A stretch of DNA of 64,000 nt from the human T2T-CHM13v2.0 reference genome, Homo sapiens: the NCBI RefSeq assembly GCF_009914755.1, contig NC_060926.1; one strand, 5' to 3'. Positions 1 to 15,735 of this stretch are shown here, in pieces. The notes under the pieces are model-generated. The model saw nothing but the letters and a program-made list of their open reading frames with translations, ran no database searches and had not been told where the DNA came from. Position numbers and translations under genes: made by a program. Every line of letters starts with the position of its first letter. The stretch's first letter is position 1.

Positions 1-702
1 GAACGAATAAAACACAATTAGGGTATACAGTGTAAAAATTCCCTGCATACTCCACCCTCACAGTAGGACAGGTTGTATGAACCAATCACCCTTTTTCTGA
101 CTTCTTTGGTAATGAATGACTCATGAGGCTTAAGTAAACTGTGTGTTTTGTGACCACAGATCAGAATTTTGTGTGCATGAAGCTAATTGGCACAAAAGTA
201 TCAAATCTGTGATTTCTAAGAGCATTTAGTACCTGCCAGATACACTTGATTAAATGGGATTGTGCTTCTTTAATCATCAGCCACTCCTCAATTCTTGTGT
301 AATCAAACCAACCTCAAAGTGTGGGATGCTGGGACTAATATGGAGGACAGGGAAGGGGACAGGGCAGAGTCTGAGAAGGCGGGCTAGCATCAGAGAGCAG
401 AGAGGTAGACTGAGCAGAAGGTCTCAGTTAACATGGAAACATCTCAGACAGTAGCTTTCTGTTAGAACTGCCTGAGAAGCTGTAAAAACTACCTTATTCC
501 TGAGCCTTTTTCCAGATCAATTAAATTAAAATCTCTTGGGTGGTGGGAAGTAGCGGAGTCAAAACACAGGTATTTTAAATGCTCTATCAGGCGATTCTGA
601 AGCGTGACCTTGATCAAGAACCCTGTTCTGGGTTGTTCAGTTAGTTCTTTATTTGAATAGAGTGAGATGGATTCAACCTGTGAAAACCAATTCAGTGGAT
701 AA

Positions 703-860
703 CAGTGGTTTCCAAACTTCTCTACACATTGGAACCATCTGGGGAGCTTCAAAAGCCACCTATGCCTGGGCCCCACCCCAGAGACTGCAATTAAGTGGGT
801 CTGGGGTGTAGCCTGGGCTACAGAATTTTAAAAACATCCCTAGATGATTCTAATATATAG
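703..860. mobile_element. MER5A-like hAT-Charlie DNA transposon fossil
   Basis: CAGTGGTTTCCAAACTT start, 'catctggggagctt', 'gggccccaccccagaga', 'gtctggggtgtagcctgg', 'gatgattctaat' resemble the MER5A/MER5A1 consensus. Confidence 0.75.
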
Positions 861-869
861 ACAGGAAAG

Positions 870-1325
870 GATAAGGTAAACATGATGCATGATGGATGCA
901 CTGGATAACAATAAGTTAACTTAAGCATACCATGAGAATGACCCTACGGTCTAAGAAGAATGTGTGTTAGGAGTTCCGAGCTCAGGAATCCGGAAGTGAC
1001 CAACCTGGCGATTCATTCCTTATATATGAGGAACATCTGAACCCCCAGGCCATACAGGGGATTATTGAGGCCCTTTGTTTTTGGTTAAATGAAGGTTGCC
1101 AAGTGGAGGTTACTAAGGAAAAAGTGCTAAGTGAAAACGCGACACAAGCTGCATGCTTTTTACAAACAGTAGCAGTTCTCCTGTTCAGCCTGCTACCATT
1201 GGACCACCCCGTATGTAAGTCCCCTCAATAAACCCTCTGTCTTGTTCACTGGCTCTAGGTCTAACTCACTGGCCTCTCATACATGGTACTGTCCCTTTTG
1301 AAGTCAGTAGGGGTCGGGGATGACA
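870..1325 (+). mobile_element. Solo ERVL-class LTR (LTR47-like)
   Basis: ~450 bp ending ...TGACA at 1325; AATAAA at 1227-1232; 'gagaatgaccctacggtctaagaagaatgtgtgt...ggaacatctgaacccc' resembles LTR47 as recalled; 5' boundary approximate. Confidence 0.6.
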
Positions 1326-1394
1326 CATGGTTAGAAATGCAGGATCTTTAGCTCCATCCTAGGTTTACTAAACCAGAACCTGCTTTAAAAATCC

Positions 1395-2087
1395 TTGTGG
1401 TGGTAAAATACCCATACCAAAGTTTACCATCTTAACCATTTTAAGTATATAGTTCACTATTGTTAAGCACATTCACATTATTGTGCAACCAATCTCCAGA
1501 ACACTTTTCATGTTGCAAAAGTGAAACTCTATACCCACTAAACAACATGTCCCTTTCCCTGCAGATCCTGGCAACCACCGTTCTACTTTGTCTTTATAAA
1601 TCTGACTATTCCAGGTACCTATGTAAGTGAAATAATACAGTATTTGTCTTTTTGTGGCTGGCTTATTCCACTTAGCACAATATCCTCAAGGTTCATCCAT
1701 GTTGTAACATGTGTCAGAATTTCTGTCCTTTTAAAGACGGAATTATATTCCATTGTATGTATATACAACAGTTTGTTTATCCCTTCACCTATTGATGTGC
1801 ATTTGGGTTGCTTCCACCTCTTGGCTATTGTGAATAGTGCTGCAATAAACATGGGTATTATATCTCTTTAAGACCCTGCTTTCAATTTTTGTGTATACCC
1901 AGAAATGGAATTAAGGAATCATATGGTAATTCTATGTTTAATTTTTTGAGGAACTACCACTCTGTTTTCGATAGCAACTACACTATTTTACATTCCCATC
2001 AATAGTACACAAGGGTTCCAACTTCTCTGCATGCTCATCAACACTTCTTATTTTCTGTTAAAACAATTTTTTAAAATAGTAGCCGCC
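1395..2087 (-). mobile_element. L1MB-type LINE-1 3' fragment inserted in a MER5A remnant
   Basis: ORF 1619..1852(-) MFIAALFTIAKRWKQPKC...MEYNS...WMNLEDI is the L1 ORF2 C-terminus; L1MB-type 3'UTR; flanks cctgc-tttaa / cctgcactttaa look like a degenerate TSD within MER5A (1330-1390, 2088-2145). Confidence 0.85.
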
Positions 2088-3034
2088 CTGCACTTTAACC
2101 AGTTCTCCAGGTGGTCATATTTGGTTGAAGTTGGGAAGCTGCTTTACAGCCCAGGCTGGTTTTGTGGCTGGCACAATGCCTCCCTCACTGCACATTCTCC
2201 CATATTTAATAGCACTGATTATGGCATTGCCTTCCCAATGTTTGTTTGGCTTTTTATTTTTACATAAATAACCACTATGACTTGAGCCTGCTCAATCTCC
2301 ATTCTTTGCACTTGGGCTCAGATCTAGTGGGTTGATTTTAATCACAGCTGAGTGATGTGAGTAATTTGCCCACACATTGGGAAAGCTGAGTTCTGCTTCT
2401 GAGGTCCGAGCTGGTCCAGTCTCTACAAAGAGACGATAAAAAGGAACAGTTCAAGTAGCACAAAATAACGAAAAGGAAGCCCAACCTTTACAGTTGCAAA
2501 ACAATTTTAAAAGGAATCAAGACTGGAATGCCTAGCAACATTTCTTGAAACCCCTTCCTTCTCTCCAAATCTCTCCAATCAAATCTCTCCAATCACAGTG
2601 CCCTGGAGCCTTTCCTACTTCTACTCTTCCGTCTTTTCTCTCCCCTTCCTCTCCTTCTTGGTACATCTGCCCAATCTCCCTGCATAGCAGGCCCCCTCCT
2701 TAGGTCTTTACCTTTTCATTCTCCAGGACTGCAACCCAAAGTCCTGGAAGTGTCCAGGAAAGCTGCATACTCCCCTGATGGCCAGGGAGGCACCAGCAGG
2801 CAGGGAAAGATAGCATTTACTATGTTGGAGAAAAGGTGGGGACTGGAAGCCCTTATCTGCTAATGGCTGGCTTGTGTATTTGTCTTCTCTGCTGAACTGT
2901 GAGTTTCTTGTGAACTCCTTGTCTTACCCCATGTGTATCTTTCACCATAGTCCAGTTTCTGATCCATGGTATATGTTCAGGTGTGTGTGACAGTTAACTT
3001 CTCAGTGACCCATGAAACTCAGCTTCCAGCATCA

Positions 3035-3397
<363 letters not shown>

Positions 3398-5055
3398 AGC
3401 TTCTCAAGGGCCCCAGTTGCTCTTGCAGTCTCCAGCATGTAGGTGACATTCTCACCAGGATTCCTTGATGAGGTGAGAATATTTTGAAAATCCAGAAACC
3501 AGCAGGTCCCTTTGGAAGTGATATTTCACTACTGCCTTCTCATCCCTAAAATCAATGCTTGTTTCTGGCCCAGAGCTGGGTACAGATCATCTTTCTTATT
3601 TGTAAACAGTATATGCTCTAAATCAGTTCATCACTATATACCTCTGCTCCTAATGACAGATGGCAGCTTTTCCTTGTTTTTCCTGCTTTAGGACACAGAC
3701 ATTAATCTGTGGACTAAACATTATGGAAAGTGCACTGACCGTCCTCCATAGCACATGTGTGACCTTGTCCTGTGGTCCTCAGGAAGCTGGGCCCTAGGAA
3801 ATAACTTTAACATTCACCAGCAGAGGAAGCTGTCAATATTGCACTGTTTGCTTAACTTGTAACATTGATCTTCTGTGGCTCTGGGCATAACATAATAAGG
3901 AAAATACCACAACTTACTACAGCAAGTCAATGGGCTGATAAGATAAACGCTGTTATGTTTCAAAGTTGTGCCAAGTTTATGTTGATAAAGTGACTTTCTT
4001 CTGGGAATCTAAAAAACAGTGCCTATGGTTCTAATCCTGTATGACTTTAACTTTGTCTTATATTTACATAAGACAGGAAATTGGCCCAAGATGACCTCAT
4101 TCATCTTTATAACTCTTCTCCTGAAGGAATTTATAGTGAGGGTAGTGTTATTATTTTTTCACTACAGAGGTGTAGAGAGCTTAAGCTTTCAGTCAAACTA
4201 ACAAATTCAGTATTGGTTCTAGAACCAAGAGAAAAGGAATAGGTCTGCGGCTACGGCTACATTAATAATAACAACAAACAAACTTTAAAAACTGCTATTG
4301 TATGGTAAGAATGAGGACATTTTTAAAATCAAAGACAGTTGAGTCTCAGACTAAATCTATTCAGTGCTATTGGTTAGAATTGACTTGTCAGTTCCATAGA
4401 ACAACTTTGTCATTCAGCCTAACCATCACTTTGATGGATTTTTTTTTTTTAAACTTTGAAGAATGTTTGGTTCATCTACTAAATTGCATGTGATCCAGCA
4501 GCATGTGGACCATTTCAATTAAGGTAGTGTTTCTAATAGCCCTTGAGAAAAAGAATGACTCTAAATTCTTGTTCTTGGGTGTTTATTAATAGAAAAGGCC
4601 CAAATATCCCCAACTCCTCTATTCCACATTCATTGAGTGTGAATTTTGAGGTGGTCCATAATTCTGTTAGGAATTTTATTTAGCTATTAGTACAGGAGAC
4701 CTGGAAAACTAGTACTTATACCTGATAGAAGTTCATTTTCCCTCACATGCAAAAGAAGTATAGGGAATTGACGCAGTTCAGAAGCAGAACACGAAGATAC
4801 TGTTCCTGCCAGGTGAAAGCAAATTGCTTATGGTGTTTTAGACTTATTGGTATAGAGAAAAAAACAGTTGTAAGCATAACTGCATACTAGATGGCCAGAG
4901 TGGTATCTCCAGTAGAGACAACGTTAAGAACAGTAGCAGCAATTGAAGTTACTGATTAAGATTTTGATAATCCATAAAATCCATCTGTTCACTGCACATT
5001 TTAAGCAGGTGAGTTAAATGGAGATGTAATAGAAATCACCACTTCTGCAGTTTTC

Positions 5056-7085
5056 ATTTTTTAAAATTTTATTTCTTTAATTGACAAAAGTTATATATAT
5101 TTATGGTATACAACATGATGTTTTGATGTATAAAATTATGGAATGAGGTAAATCAAGCTAATTAGCATATGCATTATCTCATATATTATCTTTTTCTGTG
5201 GCAAGAACACTTAAAATCCACTCTCGTAGCAATTTTCAAGTATACAATGTATTGTTATTAACTTGAGTCACCATGATGTACAATAGATCGCTTGAATTTA
5301 TGCTTCCTATCTAACTGGAATTTTGTATCCTTTGACCAACATCTCCCCAGTCCCCCCAACCCCCAGCCCCCGGTAACCACCATTCTACTCTGCTTCTGTG
5401 AGTTCAACATTTTTAGGCTCCACGTATATATAGGTAAGACCATTCAGTATTTTTTTTTAAATGCCTGGCTTATTTTACTGAACATAATGTCTTCCAGGTT
5501 CATCCATGTTTTTGCAAATGCCAGGATTTCCTTCTTTTTAAAGGCTGAGTGGTATTTCATTGTGTATATATACTACATTTTCTTTATCCATTCATCTGCA
5601 CATAGACACTTAGGTTGATTCTATATACTGGCTATTGTGAATAAGGCTACAATGAGCATGGGAGTCCAGATATCTCTTTGACATACTGATTTCATTTCCT
5701 TTGGATATATACTCAGTAGTGGGAATGCTGGGTCATATGGTGGTTTGCTTTTGATTTTGAGGAACCTCAATACTATTTTCTATAATGGCTCTACTGATTT
5801 ACATTTCCAACAGTAGTACCCAAGGATTCCCTTTTCTCCACATCATTACCAACACTTCTTATCTTTTATCTTTTTGATAATATCCATTCTAACGTGTGAG
5901 GTGATATCTTACTGTGGTTTTAATTTGCATTTCTCTGATGTTGAACATTTTTAAATATACCTGTTGGCCATTTGTATATCTTCTTTTGGGAAATATCTAT
6001 TCAGGTCCTTTGACCATTTAAAAATCAGGTTATTTGTGTTCTTACTATTGAGTTGAGTTCCATATGTATTTTGAATATTAACCCTTTATGAGATGTATGG
6101 TTTGTAAATATTTTCTCCCATTCCATAGGTTGTCTCTTTACTCTGTTGATTGTTTCCTTTGCAATATAGAAGCTTTTTAATTTGATGTAATCTCACTTGT
6201 CTATGTTTTCTTTTGTCGTCTGTGCTTTTACAGGTCATATCCAAAAAGTCTTTGCCCAGACCAATGCCAATGAGCTTTTCTCTTATATTTTCTTCTAGTA
6301 GTTTTAAAGTTTCAAGTCTTACATTTAAGTCTTTAATTCCTTTTGAGTTGAGTTTTATATATGGTGTGAGATAAGGGTCCAGTTTCATTCTTCTGCATGT
6401 TGATGTCCAGTTTTCTCAACACTATTTATTGAAAGACTGTCCTTTCCTCATTATGTGTTCTTGGCATCTTTGTCAAAAGTCAATTGACTACAAAAATGTG
6501 GATTTATTTCTGGGCTCTCTATTCTGTTTCATTGGTCTATGTGTCTGTTTTTATGCCAGTACCATGCTGTTTTGAGTTTTATAACTTTGCAGTCAATTTT
6601 GAAGTCAGGCAACATGATGCCTTCAGCGTTGTTTATTTTTCTCAAAATTTCTTTCACTATTTGGAATCTTTTATGGTTTCCTACAAATTTTACCTTTTTT
6701 TTCTATTTCTGGGAAAATGTCATTGGATTTTTGACAGGGATTGCATTGAATTTGTAGGTCACTTCAGGTAGTATGGACATTTTAATAATGTCAATTCTTC
6801 TAATCCATAAACATGGAATATCTTTCCATTTATTTTTGTCTTCTTCAATTTTTTTCATCGGTGCTTCATAGATTTCAGTGTGTATATCTTTCATCTCCTT
6901 GGTTAAATTCATTCCTAAGTATTTTATATATTTTTGTAGCTATCATAAATGAGATTAAAATTTTTTTGGAGAGTTTGTTGTTAGTATATAGAAATGTTAG
7001 TGATTTTTGTATTTGATTTAGTATCCTGCAACTTTGCTAAATTCATTTATTAGTTCTAACAGTTTTTTTGGTCAAGTCTTTAGGG
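5056..7085 (-). mobile_element. 5'-truncated L1MA LINE-1 (~2.0 kb)
   Basis: ORF2 remnants MKLDPYLTPYIKLNSK (6086..6388) and NKWKDIPCLWIRRI (6703..6912); perfect 11 bp TSD CTGCAGTTTTC at 5045-5055 and 7086-7096. Confidence 0.95.
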
Positions 7086-8489
7086 CTGCAGTTTTCTTTG
7101 ATAAGGTCACTAATATCTAGAATTCTCCTAAAAGTGTAATGTTGCTTTTGGTTTACTATTTTGTTCGGAAGGGGCAGTCCCAGTAGTGCTTACTTTGGGC
7201 CAGGAAGCCAATTTGAGGATTCTGCTATTACCTGGGTTTATCCATTCAAACTATAAATTAGGAAATGGGGGAAATAACCAGAGACTGGATTCACAGAAAC
7301 TCTGTACCCATCATGAGATGGACTTAGACTCAAACTCTCTATCACTGGATTCCCACAAATAAGGCCCTGTTCTGAGTAGGGGAAACAGTGATATTCTAGG
7401 TTCCCAGGGATTAGTACAAGTGCAAAGCCATGTTCAATAATTTGTGAAAGGTATAAATATTTTTCCTTCTCTAGTACACAGTTACCTTGGTGGATGGATG
7501 CTGGTCCTTTTGGGGAAGGGGTAGAGGAAGATTTTCATAGGTTCTTGTGATGTCCTTCCTCAAAGGTCCTCCCTTTCATTCACTGAATTGAGAGTGTGGG
7601 TATTGGGAGATAGGTCCTGACTCTCTAGTGATAATGGAAGTCAAGTATAATGATTTAATTCTAGATTCACTAGGCCTAGAATTTTTTCAATTATACAGGT
7701 CAGCTATGTCTTTTGCAGGCTGCTCATCTAGTTCATTTTTAGGCATACTGTGATCAATTAGCTACCACCAAAAGATCCCTGCAAGTCAAGTTATTTTGCT
7801 ATTACAATAATCATAGCTACTAGGTTTCTGGCAGTTAAATCCCGCTATTTGGTGTCTGCCCCTCTGGGAACCCATAAACTCCACTGAAAACAGGGAACTA
7901 ATTCCAATAGCAGTATCTCCCACCTTCCTCTCCAGAGTACAGAATAAATTCATCAAAGCATTATTCAAGGATTCTTGTTCTCGCCACATCAGTGTTTTTC
8001 TTGATGACTTGGAAAAGGCAGTGTTCTCTAGGCTTACTTTGGGTATATGTGAGATGTTGTATAAGATATATTTATTCCAACATTCTTATCACTATAAGCC
8101 TCTAGTCTTAGCATTTCAACTTCTTTCAGCAATAGGCCACAGTGGAGTCCAGGTTTCAGTCAACCAGCCAAGTTAACAACCGGCTCAAGCTATGTAGAAT
8201 GAATCCAGAACCTCTGGTTAGTTTATCTATGTCAGTAATTTGTGCTATAAAATTATGTTTTTGGTAGAAATTCAATATATTCTCCAGGTTTTTGCAAATA
8301 TTAATTAGCAAAATCTTTCAATTCTTCTGGTGTATGAATCTTTTCCTTCTAGATTTGAATTTTAAAATTGGCCTTTATGGGCATGTTGGAATCTGGAACT
8401 ATTTATAAGTGTGGAGGAAATAAAAGGTCATAGGTGTAGGGTATGAATTCCTGTAGGAAGTAACTGTCTCAGGTGAGGTCATTGTAAGG

Positions 8490-9027
<538 letters not shown>

Positions 9028-9389
9028 TTGTAAGATCTTTAACCAACATCTTCAGATTGGGGAGGAGGGGCTCCTTCTTTTGGTAAGGGAGGCATAATGG
9101 TGTTTGAGTGTGCTGAATAATCCAGTTCCTCCTAAATGCTTTCACTCCAATTCTTTTGGCCCATTCCTTCCCAGTCCCTTTCATGTGTGAGATCTAGCAA
9201 GGACCATGAATTCAGCCTCTATTGAAATTCAGTAACTGGCCAGATTTGACTCTGCATTTGCTCTTTGGCCATGACAGCTGTTTGGCCTTAAGAGATAAAA
9301 ATTCTTTAAGAGGAGTCCTATAAACTCTAACAATCCCTTCCCTAACAATCCCTTGATCTGTGAGTTTAAATTCTTTGGCCTTTTACTTT

Positions 9390-9660
9390 TCCTTCTTTTC
9401 TTTGTTTGAGACAGGGTCTTGCTCTGTCACCCAGGCTGGAGTGTGATGGCACGATCTCAGCTCACTGTAACCTCCACTTCCTGGACTCAAGCCATCCTCC
9501 CACCTCACCCTCTTAAGTATTAATAGCTGGGACTACAGGTGTGGGCCACAGGGTTTTTCCATTTTGCCCAGACTGGTCTCAAATTCCCGGACTTAAGTGA
9601 TCTGCCTGCCTCGGCCTCCCAAAGTGTTGGGATTACAGGCGTGAGCCACCGCGCCCGGCC
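9390..9660 (-). mobile_element. Alu SINE (J-like) lacking the central A-rich linker
   Basis: Reverse Alu ending gcgcccggcc at 9660; 'ctacaggtgtgggcc-acagggtttttcc' junction skips the linker. Confidence 0.9.
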
Positions 9661-9979
9661 GCCTTGTTCTTTTTTAAAGCTCACTGATGCCAATAAAGTC
9701 AGCTATCCTAACCCATACTTCCTGTATTCCTTAGCCCCACATAGTGGCATATTGCAGCAATCAAAAGGGACGCCAAACTTTGGCTTCAGAAGGCATTTTA
9801 CTCCAAATGATCACAGGTAGTCATTTAAGAAGCTGTTTTACCACCTGGTATAATTACTAGTGTCCAATCACCTAATGGTACCCAAACACTCACTTCAAAC
9901 CCAACCAGGTCAGATAGCCAATCCAAGTTTTTCATGTTTTTGAAAACTGTTGTTTGCAATCATTTCTGCTATAGTTTTC

Positions 9980-10450
9980 TTAATTGGTCAGAGTTCCTTA
10001 ATTGCAGCCAATGAATTAACTCTGGTTACTTTAAGCATGAAGGAATTTATTAAGGGATAAATTATTAAAGAAACATTATGAAGGCTGAAGAAATAGACTC
10101 CAGGTGAACTTTCAGGAATAACCCCATTGTGCATTTCAGCATTCTAAAATGGATTTCCAAGGGAGTTACAGCATCTGCTATGATCAGGGGGCCAACACAG
10201 CTGCTAGTTCCAATCTGTGCTAGAAATATGGGTGCCCCATGCCCTGCCTTTTCTCCATATTACTTGGTTCTGAATATGTCTAATATGTGTGCATCTGTTC
10301 AGTGAAATCTCCATCACCTACTGGCACCTCAGCACAAGAAATGCTGGGAAGTACAGTTTTTAGAAATTTGTTTTTGAAAAGGCAAGATCAACAAAGTGGG
10401 AAACTTTCAAAATGTTAAGAAGGTGTTCAAGATATTTTTGGGCATCTGGT
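9980..10450 (-). mobile_element. Ancient MLT1(L/M/N2)-like LTR abutting the ERV-L internal region
   Basis: 'ggtcagagttccttaattgcagccaatgaattaactctggttactttaagcatgaaggaatttattaagg' resembles the reverse of the old MLT1 3' end; similar to the copy at 18070-18635. Confidence 0.6.
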
Positions 10451-10538
10451 AGACAGGGTAGAGAATAGAAAAGGGGAGAGCAATAGTAAGCTATTTCTTG
10501 GGTTGGGTGGTAGACCCACAAGTAGTCATTACTTTCTA

Positions 10539-11377
<839 letters not shown>

Positions 11378-12424
11378 ATATGTTACCTTCTCTTTAATAT
11401 ATATCAGCATACGTTTCTTTGGTAGGAGATATTAAAAAGATTTTGGGGCAACTACAAATGACAGATGTCCACTACAAAACGTAATCCCTTTACTTAAGAT
11501 ATTGATTTAGTTCAAGTGTAAAAGCCTGTGGAAAGAGTAGTTCTTTAAGTTACTATTAGTCATTTGTACCTTGGTTGGAAGGAAGAATGAATGGATTAGT
11601 AAATGGAGAGAGATAATTTAATCTAAATATTTGAGGAATAGGTGGTGGTGAGAGCACCACTTAGGAATAAAGGGAGGAAGAATGGGAGGTTGAGAGCTTT
11701 AAGACAGATTTTTGCTAGTTCACATTTTGATTGGAACAGCTCTAACTCCTAACACCTGCGTGAGATTGTTTCCTTTTTATTTTTTTCACTTTAAAGGCTA
11801 TTGGAATTTTCAGATGCCTAATGGATTATTTCAGATTTGTCATGTATCTATCAATATTCCAATTTTCATTTTATAATATATGTGACAGAACTCTGAGTTA
11901 AAACCCATTCTCCCAACCTCTCTCTGGTTATCTGGGCATTAGTTCACACAGATTGAAAGCACAAGTTGGGCTATCTGCTTCATTATCTGCTGCTATTTAT
12001 TTCAATCCTGGATTGAAGCCACCAGTGAGCAGAATTTGCATAGGGAACTTTATTCAAATCTAAAGTTTATGAATAATGCAGAACTCTCTGTGACTCATCA
12101 AAAGCAATGATAAACAAAATGCAAACAGTTGGCCACCCTCTCAGCAATCCAGACAGTGGTCCCACCCCTCACAAACTGTGAATGACAATATTTGAAGGTA
12201 GCAATGGAAATCAGTAGTGTTGGTTTATCTTTAGCATCACCCATATGTTTACTGGCACACGGTTAAGTCAGAAAAATGAGCACAAGCAAAGAGAAAAAGG
12301 TGTTCTGTCTACTAAGGTATTTAAAGTCAGCGGAAATGGAAAGACCATTCCTTATCCCAGTCCACAGAGTGTTCCTTCTGTGAACTGTTTGCAGTTAATA
12401 GATTGGAAACAACACCAGCTTTGT

Positions 12425-12545
12425 AGTTAGATAGTCCTGGGTTCAAATCCTGTATCTGCTACTCATGAGCTGTATATTGGGCAAGTTACCTATGTTTTTG
12501 TCTTTTTAGAAACTTAGTGTCTTTTTTCTTTTTTAAAATAGTATA
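12425..12545 (+). mobile_element. MIR fragment
   Basis: MIR core 'cctgggttcaaatcctg...ctgctact...gggcaagttac'. Confidence 0.7.
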
Positions 12546-12788
12546 ACAGCAAACCTTTACTTATTTTTCCCTTTTTATTGATACATAATATTTTACATAT
12601 TTATGGGGTACATGTGATATTTTGTTACACATATAGAATGTTTAATGATCAAGTCGGTATTTGAGTGTTTATATATTGAGTATTTATCATTTCTATGTGT
12701 TGGGAACAATTCTAGTTCTCTCTTCTAGTTACTTTGAAATATACATTGTTGTTAACTATAATCACTCTGCTCTGCTGTTGACCAATAG

Positions 12789-13367
<579 letters not shown>

Positions 13368-13575
13368 TAGTATTCCATTTTATAAATATACACCACATTT
13401 TCTTTATTCATTCATCCATTGATGAACACTTTGGTTGGTTCCACATTTTCGTAATTGTGAATAGTGCTGTGATAAACCTGTGAGTGCAGGCATCCCTTTG
13501 AAATTCTGATTTCTTTTCCTTTACATAGATACCCAGTAGTAGGATTGCTGGGTCATATGGTAGTTCTATTTTTAA

Positions 13576-13871
13576 TTTTTTTTTTTTAATGTGATGGGTT
13601 CTTGCTCTGTCTCCCACGTTGGAGTGCAATGGCACAATCATGGCCCACTCCAGCCTTGACATCCTGGGCTCAAGGGATCCACCCTCCTCAGCCTCCCGAA
13701 TAGCTGGGACTATAGGCACATGCCACCATGCCTGGCTAATTTTTAAAAACTTTGTGTAGAGATGAGGTCTCACTATATTGTCCAGGCTGGTCTTAAACTC
13801 CTGTGCTCGAGCAATCCTCCTGCCTCGGCCCCCTCATGTTAAGATTACATGTGTGAGCCACCACACCCAGC
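13576..13871 (-). mobile_element. AluJ SINE
   Basis: 'cacaatcatggcccact...cctgggctcaag'; TSD ctattttta(a/g)tttt. Confidence 0.93.
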
Positions 13872-14408
13872 TATTTTTAGTTTTTTGAGAACTCTCAATA
13901 CTGTTTTCCACAGTGGTTGCATTATACTAGTTTACATCCCCATACAATGTATAAGAGTTCCCTTTTCTCCACATCCTCACCAGCATAAGTTTGGTGGACT
14001 CTGGTCCTGGGCTTTTTTGTTGTTGTTGGGGGACTTTTTATTACTGTTTCAATTTTGTTGCTTGTTATTGGTGTGTTCAGGTTTTCTATTTCTTCCTGGT
14101 TCAATCTAGATAAGTTGTATGTATCTAAGAATTTATCTATTTTTTCTCTGGGTTTTACAGTTTCTTAATGTATAGTTGTTTGTAATAGTCTCTAATGATT
14201 CTTTTTATTTCTGTAGTATCAGTTGTAAAGCCTTCTTTTTCATTTCTGATTTTATTTATTTGGGTCTTTCTTTTCTTGGTTAGTTGAGCTAGCAGTGTAT
14301 TGATTTTGTCTTTTCAAAACACCAACTTTTCATTTTATTAATTCTTTGTATTTTTTAAGTCACTGTTTAATTTAGTTCTCTGATCTTTGTTTCTTCATTT
14401 CTAGTATC

Positions 14409-14710
14409 TTTTTTTTTTTTTTTTTTTTGAGATGGAGTCTTGCTCTGTTACCCTGGCCGGAGTGCAGTGGCGCGATCTTGGCTCACTGCAACCTCTGCCT
14501 CCAGGGTTCAAGTGATTCTCCTGCCTCAGCCTCCTGAGTAGCTGGGATTACAGGCATGCACCACCATGTCCGGCTAATTTTTGTATTTTTAGTAGAGACA
14601 GGGTTTCACCATGTTGGCCAGGCTGGTCTTGAACTCCTGACCTCAGGTGATCTGCCCGCCTCAGCCTCCCAAAGTGTTGGGAATACAGGTGTGAGCCACT
14701 GCACCTGGTC
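14409..14710 (-). mobile_element. AluSx SINE
   Basis: poly-T, full reverse dimer, 'cctcaggtgatctgcccgcc'. Confidence 0.95.
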
Positions 14711-15415
14711 CATATCTAGTCATTTTGATTTTGATTTGTTCTTGCTTTTCTACTTCCTTGAGGTACATTGTTAGGTTGTCCATTTATAGTCTTCCTACTT
14801 TTTTCATGCACGTGTTTATTGCTATGAAGTTCCCTGTTAGCAAAGCTTTTCCTGTATCTCATAGATTTTGGTATGTTGTATTTCTATTTTTATTTGTTTC
14901 AAGAAATTTAAAATTTTCCTTCTTAATTTCTTCATCAACCCAATGATAGTTTAAGAGCATGATGTTTTATTTCCGTGCATTTTTACAGTTTCCAACATTC
15001 CTTTTGTAATTGATTTCTAGTTTATTCCATTGCGTTCTGAGAAGATACTTGATGTGGTTTTAATATTAAAAAATTTGTGGAGATTTGCTTTGTTACCTAA
15101 CATGTGGTCAATCCTGGAGAATATTCCATGTACTAATGAGACGAATGAGCATTTTGCAGCTGTTGAATAAAATGTTCTGTTAATGTCTGTTAGGTACATT
15201 TGGCCTAAAGTGCAGTTTAAATCCAATTTTTTTTGTTGATTTTCTGTTTAGATGATCTGGTCTAATGCTGGAAGTGGGGTGCTAATAGTCCCCAACTATT
15301 ATTGTATTGGAGTCTATCTCTCCCTTTAGATCTAATTATATTTGCTTTATAGAGCTGAGTGTTCCACTGTTGGGGCATATATATTTAGAATTATTATATT
15401 CTTTTGCTGAATTGA

Positions 15416-15735
<320 letters not shown>

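Noticed and set aside
3448-3480. 9 bp inverted repeat ATTCTCACC...GGTGAGAAT
   Set aside because: Short stem, expected by chance at this window size
4300-4750. Possible processed pseudogene or further ERV sequence
   Set aside because: No recognisable peptide in any frame, and no poly(A) tail or TSD
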